Below are positions 47,755-59,756 of a stretch of 64,000 bases of DNA, in pieces (within the stretch, counting starts at the first letter, position 1; every line of letters begins with the position of its first letter). This DNA comes from Clostridia bacterium. Lineage in GTDB: Bacteria; Bacillota; Clostridia; Oscillospirales; Acutalibacteraceae. The stretch is taken from contig JAFXIJ010000010.1 of NCBI GenBank assembly GCA_017533175.1, positions 9,678 to 73,677 of the forward strand. The letters are read 5' to 3'. The notes beneath the pieces are model-generated. The model ran no database searches. It had not been told where the DNA came from and saw only the letters and a list, made by a program, of their open reading frames with translations. The translations under genes were made by a program, and so were the position numbers.

Positions 47755-48213
47755 ATGCAACTTACCGTAGGCGAAATTATTGAGGGCAAAATTACGGCGG
47801 TTAAGGACTATGGTGTTTTTGTAGACCTTGGCGAAGGAAAATCAGGAATGGTACATATTTCCGAGATAGCGAAAACCTATGTCAATGATATTAACGAGTT
47901 TGTTAAAATCGGTGACAGCGTTAAGATGGTGGTAACCAATATCTCTGATGAGGGAAAAATTAGCCTCAGCATAAAACGGGCAATTGAGCAGACTAAGCCT
48001 GTAAGGTCGGAGCGAAAAGAAAGAAATAATATAGCAGGCAGGTCGGCGTCATCAACAATTGACAGTTCATTTGTCTATGTTCCTCAAAGCCATACGGCTT
48101 CATCATTTGAGGAAATGATGAATAAATTTAAGCAGACAAGCGATGAAAAATTTTCTGACCTCAAAAGAAAAAATCCGGATGCTAAACGCGGCAGACGGGG
48201 AGGACAAAAATAA
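47755..48213 (+). CDS. yabR: S1 RNA-binding domain protein (YabR-like)
   Basis: 152 aa with the S1 motif GEIIEGKITAVKDYGVFVDLGEGKSGMVHISEIA and a basic tail. Confidence 0.88.
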   Translation: MQLTVGEIIEGKITAVKDYGVFVDLGEGKSGMVHISEIAKTYVNDINEFVKIGDSVKMVVTNISDEGKISLSIKRAIEQTKPVRSERKERNNIAGRSASSTIDSSFVYVPQSHTASSFEEMMNKFKQTSDEKFSDLKRKNPDAKRGRRGGQK

Positions 48214-48222
48214 TTGTTATTT

Positions 48223-48259
48223 AATACGGCGGTCTTATGTTAAGTCCGCCGTATTTTTG
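48223..48259 (+). terminator. Terminator after yabR
   Basis: AATACGGCGG-13 nt-CCGCCGTATT followed by TTT. Confidence 0.8.
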
Positions 48260-48270
48260 TAGGAGTAGGT

Positions 48271-49116
48271 ATGATAAGGGAAATTTCTTCTTTAACGATT
48301 GAATCGGCGGTAGCCGAACTGTGTATTCGCGCCAATAGGGAGCTGCCTTCTGATATAGCAAAGGCTATAAGTAAGGCAGAGAAAAAAGAAAATAACAGTC
48401 TTGCAAAATCCGTATTGTCCGATTTAGAGAAAAATATAAGCTGTGCAAAGGAACTTGATGTGCCTATTTGCCAGGATACAGGAATGGCTGTTGTGTTTGC
48501 TGAGATAGGACAAGATGTTCACATTACGGGAAAATCCTTTGAACAGGCGATAAATGACGGAGTAAAAAAAGGATACGAAGAGGGGTTGCTTAGAAAGTCT
48601 GTGGTTTGTGACCCATTGCGCCGTGTCAATACAAACGATAATACTCCGGCAATAATCCATACTAAAATAGTTGACGGCGATAAAATCAAAATAACAGTAG
48701 CACCAAAAGGCTTTGGCAGTGAAAATATGAGCGGTATTAGAATGCTTACTCCCGCTCACAGCAGGGAAGGCGTGGTAAAAGCAGTGCTTGATATTGTAGT
48801 GGCAGCCGGAGCAAACCCATGTCCTCCTATTGTCGTGGGGGTTGGCATCGGCGGCGATTTTGAGCAGTGCGCACTTCTTGCGAAAAAGGCACTAAGCCGT
48901 GATATTAGTAAAAGAAATGATGACCTATTTTATGCCGAACTTGAAGAAGAACTTTTAAAACTCATTAACGCTACTAATATAGGTCCGCAGGGATTTGGAG
49001 GTAATACAACCGCCCTTGCGGTCAATATTGAAACAGCGCCGACTCATATCGCAGGACTTCCCGTAGCGGTTAATATCGGCTGTCATGTAACAAGACACGC
49101 AACAAAGATTATATAA
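48271..49116 (+). CDS. Fe-S type hydro-lyase (class I fumarate/tartrate dehydratase) alpha subunit
   Basis: 281 aa with CQDTGMAVVFAEIG and GVGIGG motifs. Confidence 0.85.
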   Translation: MIREISSLTIESAVAELCIRANRELPSDIAKAISKAEKKENNSLAKSVLSDLEKNISCAKELDVPICQDTGMAVVFAEIGQDVHITGKSFEQAINDGVKKGYEEGLLRKSVVCDPLRRVNTNDNTPAIIHTKIVDGDKIKITVAPKGFGSENMSGIRMLTPAHSREGVVKAVLDIVVAAGANPCPPIVVGVGIGGDFEQCALLAKKALSRDISKRNDDLFYAELEEELLKLINATNIGPQGFGGNTTALAVNIETAPTHIAGLPVAVNIGCHVTRHATKII

Positions 49117-49128
49117 ACGGAGTTTAAA

Positions 49129-50253
49129 ATGAACAAGTTAAAATATATTGCTCCCTGCCTTTTTGGGATAGAGGGTATTTTATCAGGGGAGCTTGAACGC
49201 ATGGGCGCTTTAAATGTGAAAGCCGAAAACGGCAGAGTTTGCTTTGAGGGCGACCTAAATATGTTAGCACGGGCGAATATAAATTCCAGATATGCTGAGA
49301 GAATATGTATAAATATGGCTGAGTTCGAGGCTTGCACCTTTGATGAGCTTTTCGAGGGAGTACGGGCAACCCCATTTGAAGATTTTATCGGCAAGGATGA
49401 TGCTTTTCCGGTTAATGGGTATAGCTTAAACTCTGCTCTTCACAGTATTCCCGATTGTCAGAAAATAATAAAAAAAGCAATAGTTGAAAGACTTAAAACA
49501 AAATACGGCGTTTCTTGGTTTAATGAAACAGGCCCCGAATACAAAATTAGATTTTCAATCTTAAAAAACAAAGTGACAATTATGCTTGATACTTCGGGTG
49601 ATGGCCTTCATAAGCGTGGATATAGAAGGGTTTCAAATGAAGCTCCTTTAAAGGAAACTCTGGCAGCCGCAATGTGTGACACAGCAAGAATTTTCCCCGA
49701 TACAAGACTAATTGACCCTTTTTGCGGTTCGGGAACAATACTTATTGAGTCGGCTATGATGGCACTTAAAATGGCACCCGGATTGCGTCGATTTTTCGCA
49801 GCAGAGCGTTTTGGATTTATTCCTTATACAGTTTGGCGCGAGGAGAGAACAAGGGCACAGGACTTGATTTTACACAATATTGACTTTTCTGCGCAAGGGT
49901 ATGATATAGATCCAAACGCTGTAAAGCTGACCGAAGAAAATGCCGCAAAGGCGGGTGTTTCAAAGTATGTTAAGGCTGCCATTCGTGATATAAAAGATTT
50001 TAAATTGCCTGATGAAAGGTGCCTTGTTATTACAAATCCGCCTTATGGAGAACGACTGCTTGATGTAAAGCAAGCAGAAGAGCTTTATAAGGTGATGGGA
50101 CAGAAATTTTTAAAAAGCAGCGGAAAAAAATATTTTATTATAAGTCCAGATGATGATTTTGAAAAGGTCTTCGGAAGAGAAGCAGATAAAAGGAGAAAGC
50201 TCTATAACGGAATGATAAAATGTCAGCTCTATATGTATTTTAGAGGTGAATAG
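49129..50253 (+). CDS. THUMP-domain class I SAM-dependent RNA methyltransferase
   Basis: 374 aa with a SAM motif (DPFCGSGTILIE) and a catalytic NPPYGERL. Confidence 0.88.
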   Translation: MNKLKYIAPCLFGIEGILSGELERMGALNVKAENGRVCFEGDLNMLARANINSRYAERICINMAEFEACTFDELFEGVRATPFEDFIGKDDAFPVNGYSLNSALHSIPDCQKIIKKAIVERLKTKYGVSWFNETGPEYKIRFSILKNKVTIMLDTSGDGLHKRGYRRVSNEAPLKETLAAAMCDTARIFPDTRLIDPFCGSGTILIESAMMALKMAPGLRRFFAAERFGFIPYTVWREERTRAQDLILHNIDFSAQGYDIDPNAVKLTEENAAKAGVSKYVKAAIRDIKDFKLPDERCLVITNPPYGERLLDVKQAEELYKVMGQKFLKSSGKKYFIISPDDDFEKVFGREADKRRKLYNGMIKCQLYMYFRGE

Positions 50254-50264
50254 GGGGGTAAATA

Positions 50265-51203
50265 ATGAGGGATGTTTATATAATTAATCCCGCATCGGGC
50301 AAAACAGACAACAGTACAGAGCTAAAAGAAAAACTTTACGAAGTCTATGGCAAGGATGTTAAAGTGCTTATAACTAATGGCGTAGAAGATGCTCTTGTAA
50401 AAGCGCGCGCCGAAGCAGAAACGGGCGACGATGTTAGAATTTTTGCCTGCGGCGGTGACGGAACATCCTTTGAGGTTCTAAACGGTATAGTGGGATATAA
50501 AAATGCAGCGATTGGAGTAATCCCAATAGGCTCGGCTAACGATTTTATTAAATATTTCGGCTTTGATTCTAAAAAGGATTTTCTTGACATAAATAAGCAA
50601 AGGGAAGGAAGTTTATATCCTATTGACCTTATAAAAGTTAATGACAAATATTGTATGAATCAGTGCTGTGTCGGTATGGATGCTCATATAGCAGATAGAA
50701 TGAAGAACTTTAAGAGACTTCCGTTTGTTTCGGGACCTATGGCATATAATTTAGCGCTGGTAAGAACCATTTTCGGCAAAATTGGTATAAAAGCTTCAAT
50801 TACAGTTGACGGAAATCAATTTGCCGATGGCAGTTTTCTTTTCGGAATATGCGCAAATGCTCCGGTTTACGGAGGAGGATATGTAAGTGCTCCCAATGCA
50901 GAAATCTCCGACGGAGAGCTTGACTGCATTACCATTGATAAAATTTCAAGACTGCGTTTCCCGAAACTCATACCTATGTATAAAAAGGGAAAGCATATGG
51001 GATTAGATATATGTAAAACAGGGAAATGCAAAACCTTTGAGCTAAAAGCAGACAGACCAGTACCCATAAGCCTTGACGGCGAGATAATACATAGCGATTA
51101 TGTTAAGTGCGAAATTGTCGAAAAAGCGATAAATCTTGTCGTTCCAAAGGGGTATATGACCTATCTTTCAGAAAAGGAAAACAAGGAATTGTTAACAAAG
51201 TGA
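50265..51203 (+). CDS. Diacylglycerol/lipid kinase family protein (YegS/DagK-like)
   Basis: 312 aa with INPASGK, ACGGDGT and PIGSANDF motifs. Confidence 0.88.
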   Translation: MRDVYIINPASGKTDNSTELKEKLYEVYGKDVKVLITNGVEDALVKARAEAETGDDVRIFACGGDGTSFEVLNGIVGYKNAAIGVIPIGSANDFIKYFGFDSKKDFLDINKQREGSLYPIDLIKVNDKYCMNQCCVGMDAHIADRMKNFKRLPFVSGPMAYNLALVRTIFGKIGIKASITVDGNQFADGSFLFGICANAPVYGGGYVSAPNAEISDGELDCITIDKISRLRFPKLIPMYKKGKHMGLDICKTGKCKTFELKADRPVPISLDGEIIHSDYVKCEIVEKAINLVVPKGYMTYLSEKENKELLTK

Positions 51204-51220
51204 TAAATTTAAAAAAGCTC

Positions 51221-51249
51221 TTGATTTGTTAGAAAAAAATGGATAAAAT
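51221..51249 (+). promoter_or_regulatory. Sigma-A promoter of groESL
   Basis: TTGATT-17 nt-TAAAAT. Confidence 0.55.
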
Positions 51250-51285
51250 ATATATACTGTTTAATTTTTGTTTGGAGGTAAAATA

Positions 51286-53224
<1,939 letters not shown>

Positions 53225-53233
53225 TCCGGAAAC

Positions 53234-53273
53234 AAAAAGCTCTTATGTTCTCAAAAGAACATAAGAGCTTTTT
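53234..53273. terminator. Bidirectional terminator between groEL and ROK gene
   Basis: An 18-bp perfect stem, AAAAAGCTCTTATGTTCT-caaa-AGAACATAAGAGCTTTTT. Confidence 0.9.
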
Positions 53274-53293
53274 AGTCTTTAAATTATGAAGTT

Positions 53294-54667
53294 TTAAATT
53301 TGGGGTAGGGAAGCCGCCGCAACAGATTGTCCTACTCTTCTGGAATTTTCATCAGGAATGTGGAGCGTAATCTTTTTACTAAGCTCGGGGAATTCTAAAT
53401 CTAAAACTTCTTGCGCGCGGTTAAGAATCATAACTCCGCCCTTGCCCGAGGTTACACGGCCCATAATAAGCACATGCTTAATGTCATAAAATTCGGAATA
53501 AAAGGCAATTGCATAACCAAAATATGCGCCAATTGTATCGTAAATTTCCTCAGCTCCCTTATGGTCGTTAAGTATAAGGTTTTGAACAACCTTTAACTTT
53601 TCGGCAGGAGAAAGAGCCTCATCAAGCTGTATATCTGCCGCGGGAGCAAGTTTTATTACGGCATCCTGTGAAAAATATTTAACACCGCAGCCGTAATCAC
53701 CCGACCACTCATCAACCATAGCCTCACGGCAGTAGTCAACAGGGACAAAGGCAAGTTCATTCAGCCAGCCTGTAATGTTGCCGTCGGGGTCAACATATCC
53801 GCCTGCCTCGGAGGTGCCCATAGCAATACCGAGTACCGAGTTGTCATTAAGATCCATAGCGCCCGCAAGTGCGGTTACATCACCGTCGTTAGCAACCTCG
53901 ACAGGTATGCCCTCGCCAATTTCTTTGGCAACATCAAGATACATGTTCTTGACCTTTTTATCAAAATCCTCTTCATTAACCTTTAAGAAGAGAGAAGCTA
54001 CCATTATACGATTATCAACATATACACCTGCGCTGGACACGCCGATAGCGTCAACACGGGGCATGTGAGAGGCGGCAGTTTTCATAGCCTCTAAGATTCC
54101 TTTATAATGATAATCGGGGTCGGAATTAGTTTTAGGGAACCATACAACCTCCTCCGAATAAACGCTTTCACCATTGATAACTGCGCTTACCTTACGGTCG
54201 CTTCCGCCTGCATCAAAACCGATACGGCAACCGTCAAGATGACGGCCGACAGGTGCAGCAGACTCGTTATTCTTTGGTGCGTTTTCTATATCGCAAAGCA
54301 CGACCTCAAAGGGCTTTTCATAAACCCTTTCCATAAAGGTTACATCAAATCCACGAAGGCCGTCCTTTGTGTACGCGGCTTTTATTTTTTCGCCGACAAC
54401 ACGGCTGCCCGCAATAGTAATTTTATATCCACCAACTACCCAGAGCAGAGCCTTGGTCATTCTTTCAACAAAGAGAAAATTCTCTTCATCATGACCGCAA
54501 CCATCGGGGAAAATTCGGGTTTTATATGTAGTAACATAGCCCTTGTTGCGTTCTACCGCAATAACTATGTCCTGACCGTCATTCTTTGTGTTTTCACGCA
54601 TTTCGCGGCAAACAACAGAAAGAGGGGTAAAATTAGGGTCGAGTTTTGCATTTACTTTAAGCTTCAT
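53294..54667 (-). CDS. ROK family sugar kinase-like protein with N-terminal extension
   Basis: 457 aa with glycine-rich ATP motifs (GFDAGGSDRKV; GIAMGTSEAGGYV) and ANDGDVTALAG. No HTH is evident. Overlaps the nagA stop by 11 nt. Confidence 0.6.
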   Translation of the reverse strand: MKLKVNAKLDPNFTPLSVVCREMRENTKNDGQDIVIAVERNKGYVTTYKTRIFPDGCGHDEENFLFVERMTKALLWVVGGYKITIAGSRVVGEKIKAAYTKDGLRGFDVTFMERVYEKPFEVVLCDIENAPKNNESAAPVGRHLDGCRIGFDAGGSDRKVSAVINGESVYSEEVVWFPKTNSDPDYHYKGILEAMKTAASHMPRVDAIGVSSAGVYVDNRIMVASLFLKVNEEDFDKKVKNMYLDVAKEIGEGIPVEVANDGDVTALAGAMDLNDNSVLGIAMGTSEAGGYVDPDGNITGWLNELAFVPVDYCREAMVDEWSGDYGCGVKYFSQDAVIKLAPAADIQLDEALSPAEKLKVVQNLILNDHKGAEEIYDTIGAYFGYAIAFYSEFYDIKHVLIMGRVTSGKGGVMILNRAQEVLDLEFPELSKKITLHIPDENSRRVGQSVAAASLPQI

Positions 54668-55799
54668 ATTTTATCTTACCTCCGATAATAGTCTTTTTAA
54701 CCTCAAAATCATTGTCGGTTATAATTATATCTGCATCCTTACCAACCTCAATAGAGCCTTTTGTTTTGTCAAGGCCTAACACTGTGGCGGGGTTTAGAGA
54801 TGCACAGTTTACACACTCAAAAAGCGGAATATCTGAATTTTTAAACACATTCCACACACCACGATTTAGATGAAGAATGCTTCCTGCTACCGTTCCGTCT
54901 TCAAGTCGGCAGACAATGCCTTTATAAATAATCTTCTTACCGCCTAAGGTATATTCTCCCTCCGGCAAGCCACCTGCGGGTAAGCAGTCGGTGATAAAGC
55001 AGAGCTTTCTGCCCTTTAATTTCCAAAGCATATCGTAAAGTGCTGCATCAACATGGAAGGTGTCAACTATAAGCTCACAGCTTACATCTGAGGTGAGCGC
55101 CGCACCAACAACACCAGGTTCGCGATGAGCAAGAGGAGTCATCGCATTAAAAAGGTGAGTAGAGTGCTTAACACCTGCATTAACACCTGACATAGCAGTT
55201 TTATAATCGGCAGAGGTGTGTCCCATGGAAACTACAACATTTGTTTTATCGCATATCTCACGAATCGCTTTAAAATCATCACTGTCGGTTTCGGGAGCCA
55301 AGGTAATTATACCGATAATATCCGAGTATTCCTTAACAAAATCGGCATCGGGAGAAAGTATGTATTTTGAATCCTGTGCGCCCTTTTTCTTTTCACTGAT
55401 AAAAGGTCCCTCGGCGTGACAACCTAAAATAACACTGCCGTCCCAATCACAACTTTCCTCTTTTAAAGCACGGCAAACATCAAGTGCCTTGCGGATAACC
55501 TTCATATCAACCGTCATGGTAGTAGGAAGATACCCTGTAACACCGTTTGCAAGCAAGCCCTTTGAAATGGTTCTGATGCTTTCCTCCTCGCCATCACAGA
55601 CATCCTTGCCAAGATATCCGTGAATGTGCAGGTCTATAAGACCGGGAGCTATAAAGCCACCACAAGCATCAATAATTTCAGAGTTTTCCGGAATTTCTTT
55701 ATCCGAAACAATGCCTTCTATTTTATCTGAAAAGAGAAGAACACGGTTTTCAATTATAGAATTTTCCAAAATAATTTTTCCGTTAACAATAGCTTTCAT
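54657..55799 (-). CDS. nagA: N-acetylglucosamine-6-phosphate deacetylase
   Basis: 380 aa with PGLIDLHIHG, HAEGPF, MGHTSA and THLFNAM motifs. Confidence 0.92.
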   Translation of the reverse strand: MKAIVNGKIILENSIIENRVLLFSDKIEGIVSDKEIPENSEIIDACGGFIAPGLIDLHIHGYLGKDVCDGEEESIRTISKGLLANGVTGYLPTTMTVDMKVIRKALDVCRALKEESCDWDGSVILGCHAEGPFISEKKKGAQDSKYILSPDADFVKEYSDIIGIITLAPETDSDDFKAIREICDKTNVVVSMGHTSADYKTAMSGVNAGVKHSTHLFNAMTPLAHREPGVVGAALTSDVSCELIVDTFHVDAALYDMLWKLKGRKLCFITDCLPAGGLPEGEYTLGGKKIIYKGIVCRLEDGTVAGSILHLNRGVWNVFKNSDIPLFECVNCASLNPATVLGLDKTKGSIEVGKDADIIITDNDFEVKKTIIGGKIKYEA

Positions 55800-55903
55800 A
55801 AATGCACTTCCAAAATGATTATATGTAATTAGAAGCTTGCATAAGCAGACTTTTAATTTAAACTTATAATAGCATAAAATCTTGGTTTTTGTAAAGAAAA
55901 ATT

Positions 55904-56437
55904 CTAAAATTCTTTCAAATTATTTTTTATATATGAAAATGTTTCCTTTTCACCCTTATCTTTAAGCATTAAAAGCAGCATTTCTAGCTTGTCTGCGGTG
56001 TCAGAATGCATTCGGCTTCTGGCGTTTCCCCTTAAAAAATATTCAAGCGGACAAGCATCGGTATAATCTTTGCCTTTATAAATTTTGCTTGCCGCAACCC
56101 TGTCGCAAAACATTTCGATTAAAAATATGTTTGGCATAGGAACCGGTTCGTACTTTTTGGTTTTAGGATTAAGGTCGGTCCAGTATTCAAAGTGATGAAG
56201 ATTTCTGCCCTTGTGATGCATCCAAGCCTTTGAATATCCGAAAAGCTCTCGCTCTTTTTCGTTAGGACTTCTGTTTCCCTCAAAGTATTTGCACCCCAAA
56301 ATAAACTCCGACGGGGAAAACTTAGACAAATCGTGAATAAGTCCGCGAAAAAAGATACCGCATTTAAAGCAGTGAAGCATGACCTTGTGCCTGTGCCGTG
56401 AAATCGTTAAAAAATGTTTTATAGGGTGAAAACTCAT
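55904..56437 (-). CDS. Conserved hypothetical protein (DUF5662-like, His-rich)
   Basis: 177 aa containing HRHKVMLHC...IHDLSKFSPSEF...WMHHKGRNLHHFEYW. The family name is from memory only. Confidence 0.4.
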   Translation of the reverse strand: MSFHPIKHFLTISRHRHKVMLHCFKCGIFFRGLIHDLSKFSPSEFILGCKYFEGNRSPNEKERELFGYSKAWMHHKGRNLHHFEYWTDLNPKTKKYEPVPMPNIFLIEMFCDRVAASKIYKGKDYTDACPLEYFLRGNARSRMHSDTADKLEMLLLMLKDKGEKETFSYIKNNLKEF

Positions 56438-56490
56438 TTTAAAACCGCCTTTTTAAATACTTATAATATTTTATCAAAATAAAGATAATT

Positions 56491-57735
56491 TTACAAGTCT
56501 GTTTTAAAGGCTACTATATTGTTTTCATCATAAGGGTCAAAGCCCGTGAGCTTTATGTCTTTTAAAATACAGGCTTTTTTCACACAGCTGTTTCCGTAGC
56601 GTGATTTAAGTGTGTCTATAATTTTTTCAAGATTCTCTTTTTTTTCGTTATTTTCCACCTCGTTGAAAAGGTCAAATTGTATCTCTTCCTTGTCAGAACA
56701 AAGGTCAGAAGCGGCAAGACCAATACTTCTTATACAGAAGGGTTCGGATAAATTTTCACAGGCAAGAGCCATAGCCGCATCGGTAAGACTGGAGGAAAGA
56801 GATGTGGGCATATTCAAAGAGACTTGCCTTGAAAAGCTTCTTAGAGAACTGTCCCTTAGGCTTACAGACACGGTTTTACAACGCAGATTTTGCTCTCTAA
56901 GGCGCCTCGAAACGCTCTCAGCAAGTACGGTTAGGGTAAGCTTAATATCTTCAAAATCCACAAGGTCTCTCGGTGTGGTGGTTGAATTGCTTATTGATTT
57001 TATATCCCTTTTAGAATCGTAAAAGCCGACCGAATGTGACTCATTTCCCGAAGCCTGTTCATAGAGAAGAAGCCCCACCTTTCCAAAAATAGCGTGCATA
57101 GCATCAGGCCCTGCCTTTGCCATATCTCCTATGGTAAAAATCCCGCGTGATGAAAGCCTCTTTTTAGCTGCCTTACCCACATAAAGCAGATTTTCGGCAG
57201 CAAGCGGCCATACTATGTTTTTGAAATTATCACGAGAAATAACCGTTACCGCATCGGGCTTTTTGTAGTCAGAGCCAAGCTTTGCAAAAACCTTGTTAAA
57301 GGAAACGCCGACCGATACGGTAAGTCCCAGCTCAGTTTTAACCCTGTTTCTTATTTCGTCGGCAACCAGTTTCCCGTTGCCACGCTTACCGATGTTTGCC
57401 GTAATGTCAAGCCAGCATTCATCCAGACCAAATGACTCAACCCTGTCTGTGTATTCAGCACATATTGATTTAAAAAGTCGTGAATATTCAGCGTATAAAG
57501 GGAAGTTGGGAGGAACTAAAAGCAGTTCGGGACATTTAGATTTGGCTTGCCAAATAGTCTCTGCCGTTTTAATTCCAAGCTTTGCGGCGGCTTGGTTTGC
57601 GGTGAGAATAATACCGTGTCTTGAATCTGGATTTCCGCTTACCGCTAAGGGCAGATGTGCAATTTCGGGGTGAACTGCACATTCGACCGAGGCATAAAAT
57701 TTGTTGCAGTCAACATGAAGTACAACTCTGTCCAA
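56491..57735 (-). CDS. dinB: DNA polymerase IV (Y-family)
   Basis: Contains VVLHVDCNKFYASVE and SLDECWLD-type motifs. Start set to TTG 57735, with GGAGG 7 nt upstream, giving 414 aa. The upstream 83 codons in the track ORF are AT-rich read-through across the promoter and overlap lepA. Confidence 0.9.
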   Translation of the reverse strand: MDRVVLHVDCNKFYASVECAVHPEIAHLPLAVSGNPDSRHGIILTANQAAAKLGIKTAETIWQAKSKCPELLLVPPNFPLYAEYSRLFKSICAEYTDRVESFGLDECWLDITANIGKRGNGKLVADEIRNRVKTELGLTVSVGVSFNKVFAKLGSDYKKPDAVTVISRDNFKNIVWPLAAENLLYVGKAAKKRLSSRGIFTIGDMAKAGPDAMHAIFGKVGLLLYEQASGNESHSVGFYDSKRDIKSISNSTTTPRDLVDFEDIKLTLTVLAESVSRRLREQNLRCKTVSVSLRDSSLRSFSRQVSLNMPTSLSSSLTDAAMALACENLSEPFCIRSIGLAASDLCSDKEEIQFDLFNEVENNEKKENLEKIIDTLKSRYGNSCVKKACILKDIKLTGFDPYDENNIVAFKTDL

Positions 57736-57754
57736 ACAACAACCTCCAAACAAA

Positions 57755-57768
57755 AGAACAAATGTTCG
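57755..57768 (-). promoter_or_regulatory. LexA (SOS/Cheo) box
   Basis: Minus strand CGAACATTTGTTCT with a perfect GAAC-N4-GTTC core. It lies 9 nt downstream of the dinB -10 and 20 nt upstream of the start codon. Confidence 0.75.
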
Positions 57769-57777
57769 ACAAGAATT

Positions 57778-57806
57778 ATAATACCGCAAGCAGATAAAAA
57801 AGTCAA
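57778..57806 (-). promoter_or_regulatory. Sigma-A promoter of dinB
   Basis: Minus strand: TTGACT-17 nt-TATTAT. Confidence 0.6.
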
Positions 57807-57854
57807 TAGGAAAAATATGATAAAATACAAAATTGAAAACAAATAAATAACTGA

Positions 57855-57883
57855 TTGAAAAAATACCAGAATTATGGTAAAAT
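57855..57883 (+). promoter_or_regulatory. Sigma-A promoter of lepA
   Basis: TTGAAA-17 nt-TAAAAT, with TGg extended -10. Confidence 0.6.
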
Positions 57884-57917
57884 ATATTAAATATGTACTT
57901 AGCAAGGAGAAAATCTG

Positions 57918-59723
57918 GTGGCATATCCGTTAGATAAAATAAGAAATTTTTGTATAGTCGCACATATTGACCACGGCAAATCAACCCTTGCCGATAGACT
58001 TTTAGAGCTTACTAAATCGGTTTCTGAGCGTGACATGGAAGAGCAGCTGCTCGACAGTATGGATTTAGAGCGTGAGAGGGGAATTACAATAAAGGCGCAT
58101 GCCGTAACCCTCTATTATAAGGCTAAGGATGGGGAGGAGTACGAGCTTAATCTTATCGATACCCCTGGTCATGTGGACTTTAATTATGAGGTTTCGCGTT
58201 CACTTGCCGCTTGCGAGGGCGCGGTGCTTGTAGTTGATGCATCTCAGGGAATTGAGGCGCAAACCTTGGCAAACACATATCTTGCCGTTGACCACGGACT
58301 TGAAATTTTGCCCGTAATAAATAAAATTGACCTGCCGTCCGCTGACGCTAGCAGGGTAATTGCCGAAATAGAGGATGTAATCGGAATACCTGCCGAGAAC
58401 GCTCCGAGAATTTCGGCAAAGACAGGAATTAATGTAGAAGAGGTATTAGAACGCATAGTAACCGATATACCTGCACCAAAGGGTGAGCGAGAGCAACCTT
58501 TATCGGCATTGATTTTTGATTCTTATTATGACGCATATAAGGGCGTAATAGTTTATTTTCGTGTTGTCAGCGGCAAAATAAAAGCAGGTGACAAAATAAA
58601 AATGATGGCTACGGGAGCAACCTTTGATGTTGTAGAGGTTGGAAGAAAACGAGCCACAGCTATGGAAACCTGTGATTATCTTGAAGCGGGAGAGGTAGGC
58701 TATCTTGCTGCGGCTATTAAAACCGTTTCGGATGCCCGCGTGGGAGATACCATTACGCTTGCAGATAGTCCCTGTGCAACCGCACTTGAAGGGTATCGCA
58801 AGGTAAATCCCGTGGTCTTTTGCGGAATTTACCCTGCCGATGGCGCACGCTACACAGACCTTAGAGAGGCACTTGAAAAATTACAGCTTAATGATGCTTC
58901 GCTGTTGTTTGAACCAGAAACATCAACGGCTTTGGGCTTTGGCTTCCGCTGTGGATTTTTAGGACTTCTCCACATGGAAATAATACAGGAAAGATTAGAG
59001 CGAGAGTATAATCTTGACCTTGTTACCACTGCACCGAGCGTTATTTACAAATTCACATTAACCGACGGAGAAACGGTATTTGTTGACAATCCGACGAATT
59101 ATCCGGACCCTGCCATAATAGCAGACGCCTTTGAGCCTATGGCTGATGTGCATGTTTACAGCCCGAGTGAGTATATTGGCTCTATTATGGAGCTGTGTCA
59201 GCAGCGCAGAGGCGAATATACCGATATGAAGTATATGGGCGACAGGGTTGATATTCACTATATTATGCCGATGGGTGAGATAGTCTATGACTTTTTTGAT
59301 GCCTTAAAGTCTCGCACAAGGGGCTACGCAAGTTACGATTATGAGCCTAAGGGATACAGTAAATCCAAGCTTGTAAAGCTGGATGTACTGCTTGCGGGAG
59401 ATGTTGTAGATGCACTTTCCTTTATAGTGCATACCGATAATGCATATACACGCGCCCGTAAGATTGCCGAAAGGCTTAAAGATTATATACCGCGTCAGCT
59501 TTTCGAGGTTCCTATTCAGGTTGCGGTTGGAGGCAAGATAATTGCGCGTGAAACGGTTAAGGCAATGCGCAAGGATGTCTTGGCAAAGTGCTACGGCGGA
59601 GATATAACTAGAAAAAAGAAACTGCTTGAAAAGCAGAAGGAAGGAAAAAAGAGAATGCGTCAGCTAGGCTCTGTGGAGGTTCCGCAGGAGGCGTTTATGG
59701 CTGTGCTTAAACTTGATGAGTAA
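57918..59723 (+). CDS. lepA: Translation elongation factor 4 (LepA)
   Basis: 601 aa with a GTG start after AAGGAG. Contains [26 protein letters not shown] and the LepA C-terminal domain. Confidence 0.97.
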   Translation: MAYPLDKIRNFCIVAHIDHGKSTLADRLLELTKSVSERDMEEQLLDSMDLERERGITIKAHAVTLYYKAKDGEEYELNLIDTPGHVDFNYEVSRSLAACEGAVLVVDASQGIEAQTLANTYLAVDHGLEILPVINKIDLPSADASRVIAEIEDVIGIPAENAPRISAKTGINVEEVLERIVTDIPAPKGEREQPLSALIFDSYYDAYKGVIVYFRVVSGKIKAGDKIKMMATGATFDVVEVGRKRATAMETCDYLEAGEVGYLAAAIKTVSDARVGDTITLADSPCATALEGYRKVNPVVFCGIYPADGARYTDLREALEKLQLNDASLLFEPETSTALGFGFRCGFLGLLHMEIIQERLEREYNLDLVTTAPSVIYKFTLTDGETVFVDNPTNYPDPAIIADAFEPMADVHVYSPSEYIGSIMELCQQRRGEYTDMKYMGDRVDIHYIMPMGEIVYDFFDALKSRTRGYASYDYEPKGYSKSKLVKLDVLLAGDVVDALSFIVHTDNAYTRARKIAERLKDYIPRQLFEVPIQVAVGGKIIARETVKAMRKDVLAKCYGGDITRKKKLLEKQKEGKKRMRQLGSVEVPQEAFMAVLKLDE

Positions 59724-59756
59724 GATTTAGCAGTTTTAAAAGAAAGGAAGTTTAAA

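Noticed and set aside
57736-57984. N-terminal 83 codons of the 497-aa track ORF for dinB.
   Set aside because: This stretch is AT-rich and hydrophobic low-complexity sequence. It spans the dinB promoter and LexA box and overlaps the lepA start. The conserved DinB N-terminus begins at TTG 57735, which has a GGAGG RBS.
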